Shown here piece by piece: positions 63,430 to 64,000 of a stretch of DNA of 64,000 bases. Origin of the DNA: Zootoca vivipara. Its lineage: Eukaryota. The stretch is from assembly GCF_963506605.1 (NCBI RefSeq), contig NC_083276.1, positions 85,188,001 to 85,252,000 on the forward strand. Reading direction: 5' to 3'. The number at the start of each line of letters is the position of its first letter. The stretch's first letter is position 1. The notes under the pieces were generated by a model that worked only from the letters and a program-made list of their open reading frames with translations, was not told the DNA's origin and made no database searches. The translations under genes were made by a program, and so were the position numbers.

Positions 63430-64000
63430 CTTGCATGGGGAGACAAAACAGACTTGCAGACTAGGCATCATAAAAGTAAAACTTTTATTATTTTATAGAT
63501 GTTAAATGTCTCCCTTCCCCCACATCTCTCCCTTCCCCCACATTTGCAGATTGCAAATCTCCCTCAAGGCTTTGCTACTTCTTGCAGACTCTCTGCGTTT
63601 TTCTACCGCATGGATAACAACAAAATGCTGTTCCTAGAAAGGGGGCCATGGCTCAGTGCTAGAAGATATGTTACAAGAGCAGACGCTTTTAGAGTCAATC
63701 CCCAGTATCTCCAAATAGGAAAGGCTCCTATCTGAAACCTAGAAGCTACAGCACCAGATGGACCAGTGGTATGATTTCTTTCCCCAAATAATGCTGAATT
63801 GAACTTTGTTCTGCAAGTGTCACCAGCACCTCCTGGCTATTGTTACTGACAATGAAGTCAAGGGAGAGCAGATGTCAAGCTTGTGGGATCTACTTTTTGG
63901 GGAAGGGGTGAGAAACCCCTGAGGTTTCTGCACCATCCTTCATCATTTCTCCACTCCCTGTTACAGTTTGGGAGCCTACAAACCAGTTTGCATTTTGGGT

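Overview
Vertebrate genomic DNA, most likely from a lacertid lizard: it carries Sauria/Squam-type SINEs, Bov-B, L1/L2/CR1 fragments and Penelope remnants. The window covers the CRYBA2 - MIR375 - CFAP65 block, in the same order as human 2q35, with all three genes on the minus strand. CRYBA2 (beta-A2 crystallin) is complete: 4 coding exons of 158+142+143+148 nt give 196 aa, with a short non-coding first exon, a TATA box, a perfect Maf recognition element and a (CAG)n tract just after the stop codon. The miR-375 hairpin lies at 29709-29776, with a TATA promoter and mini first exon about 1.25 kb upstream. The last 16 coding exons of CFAP65 (about 807 codons, all GT-AG and phase-consistent) run from 63429 to 43002. 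The rest is intron or intergenic sequence rich in transposons. Best leads: (1) a 1.93-kb TSD-flanked, RT-less element with L1-like ends and its own decayed small ORF upstream of the miR-375 promoter; (2) a possible spliced miR-375 host transcript that could serve as an alternative 5' end for CRYBA2; (3) Penelope-derived hammerhead ribozyme cores; (4) a cryptic in-frame polyQ/Pro-rich tail in the CRYBA2 3'UTR. There are no prokaryotic-type systems. Exon and repeat calls were read by eye and no database searches were run.
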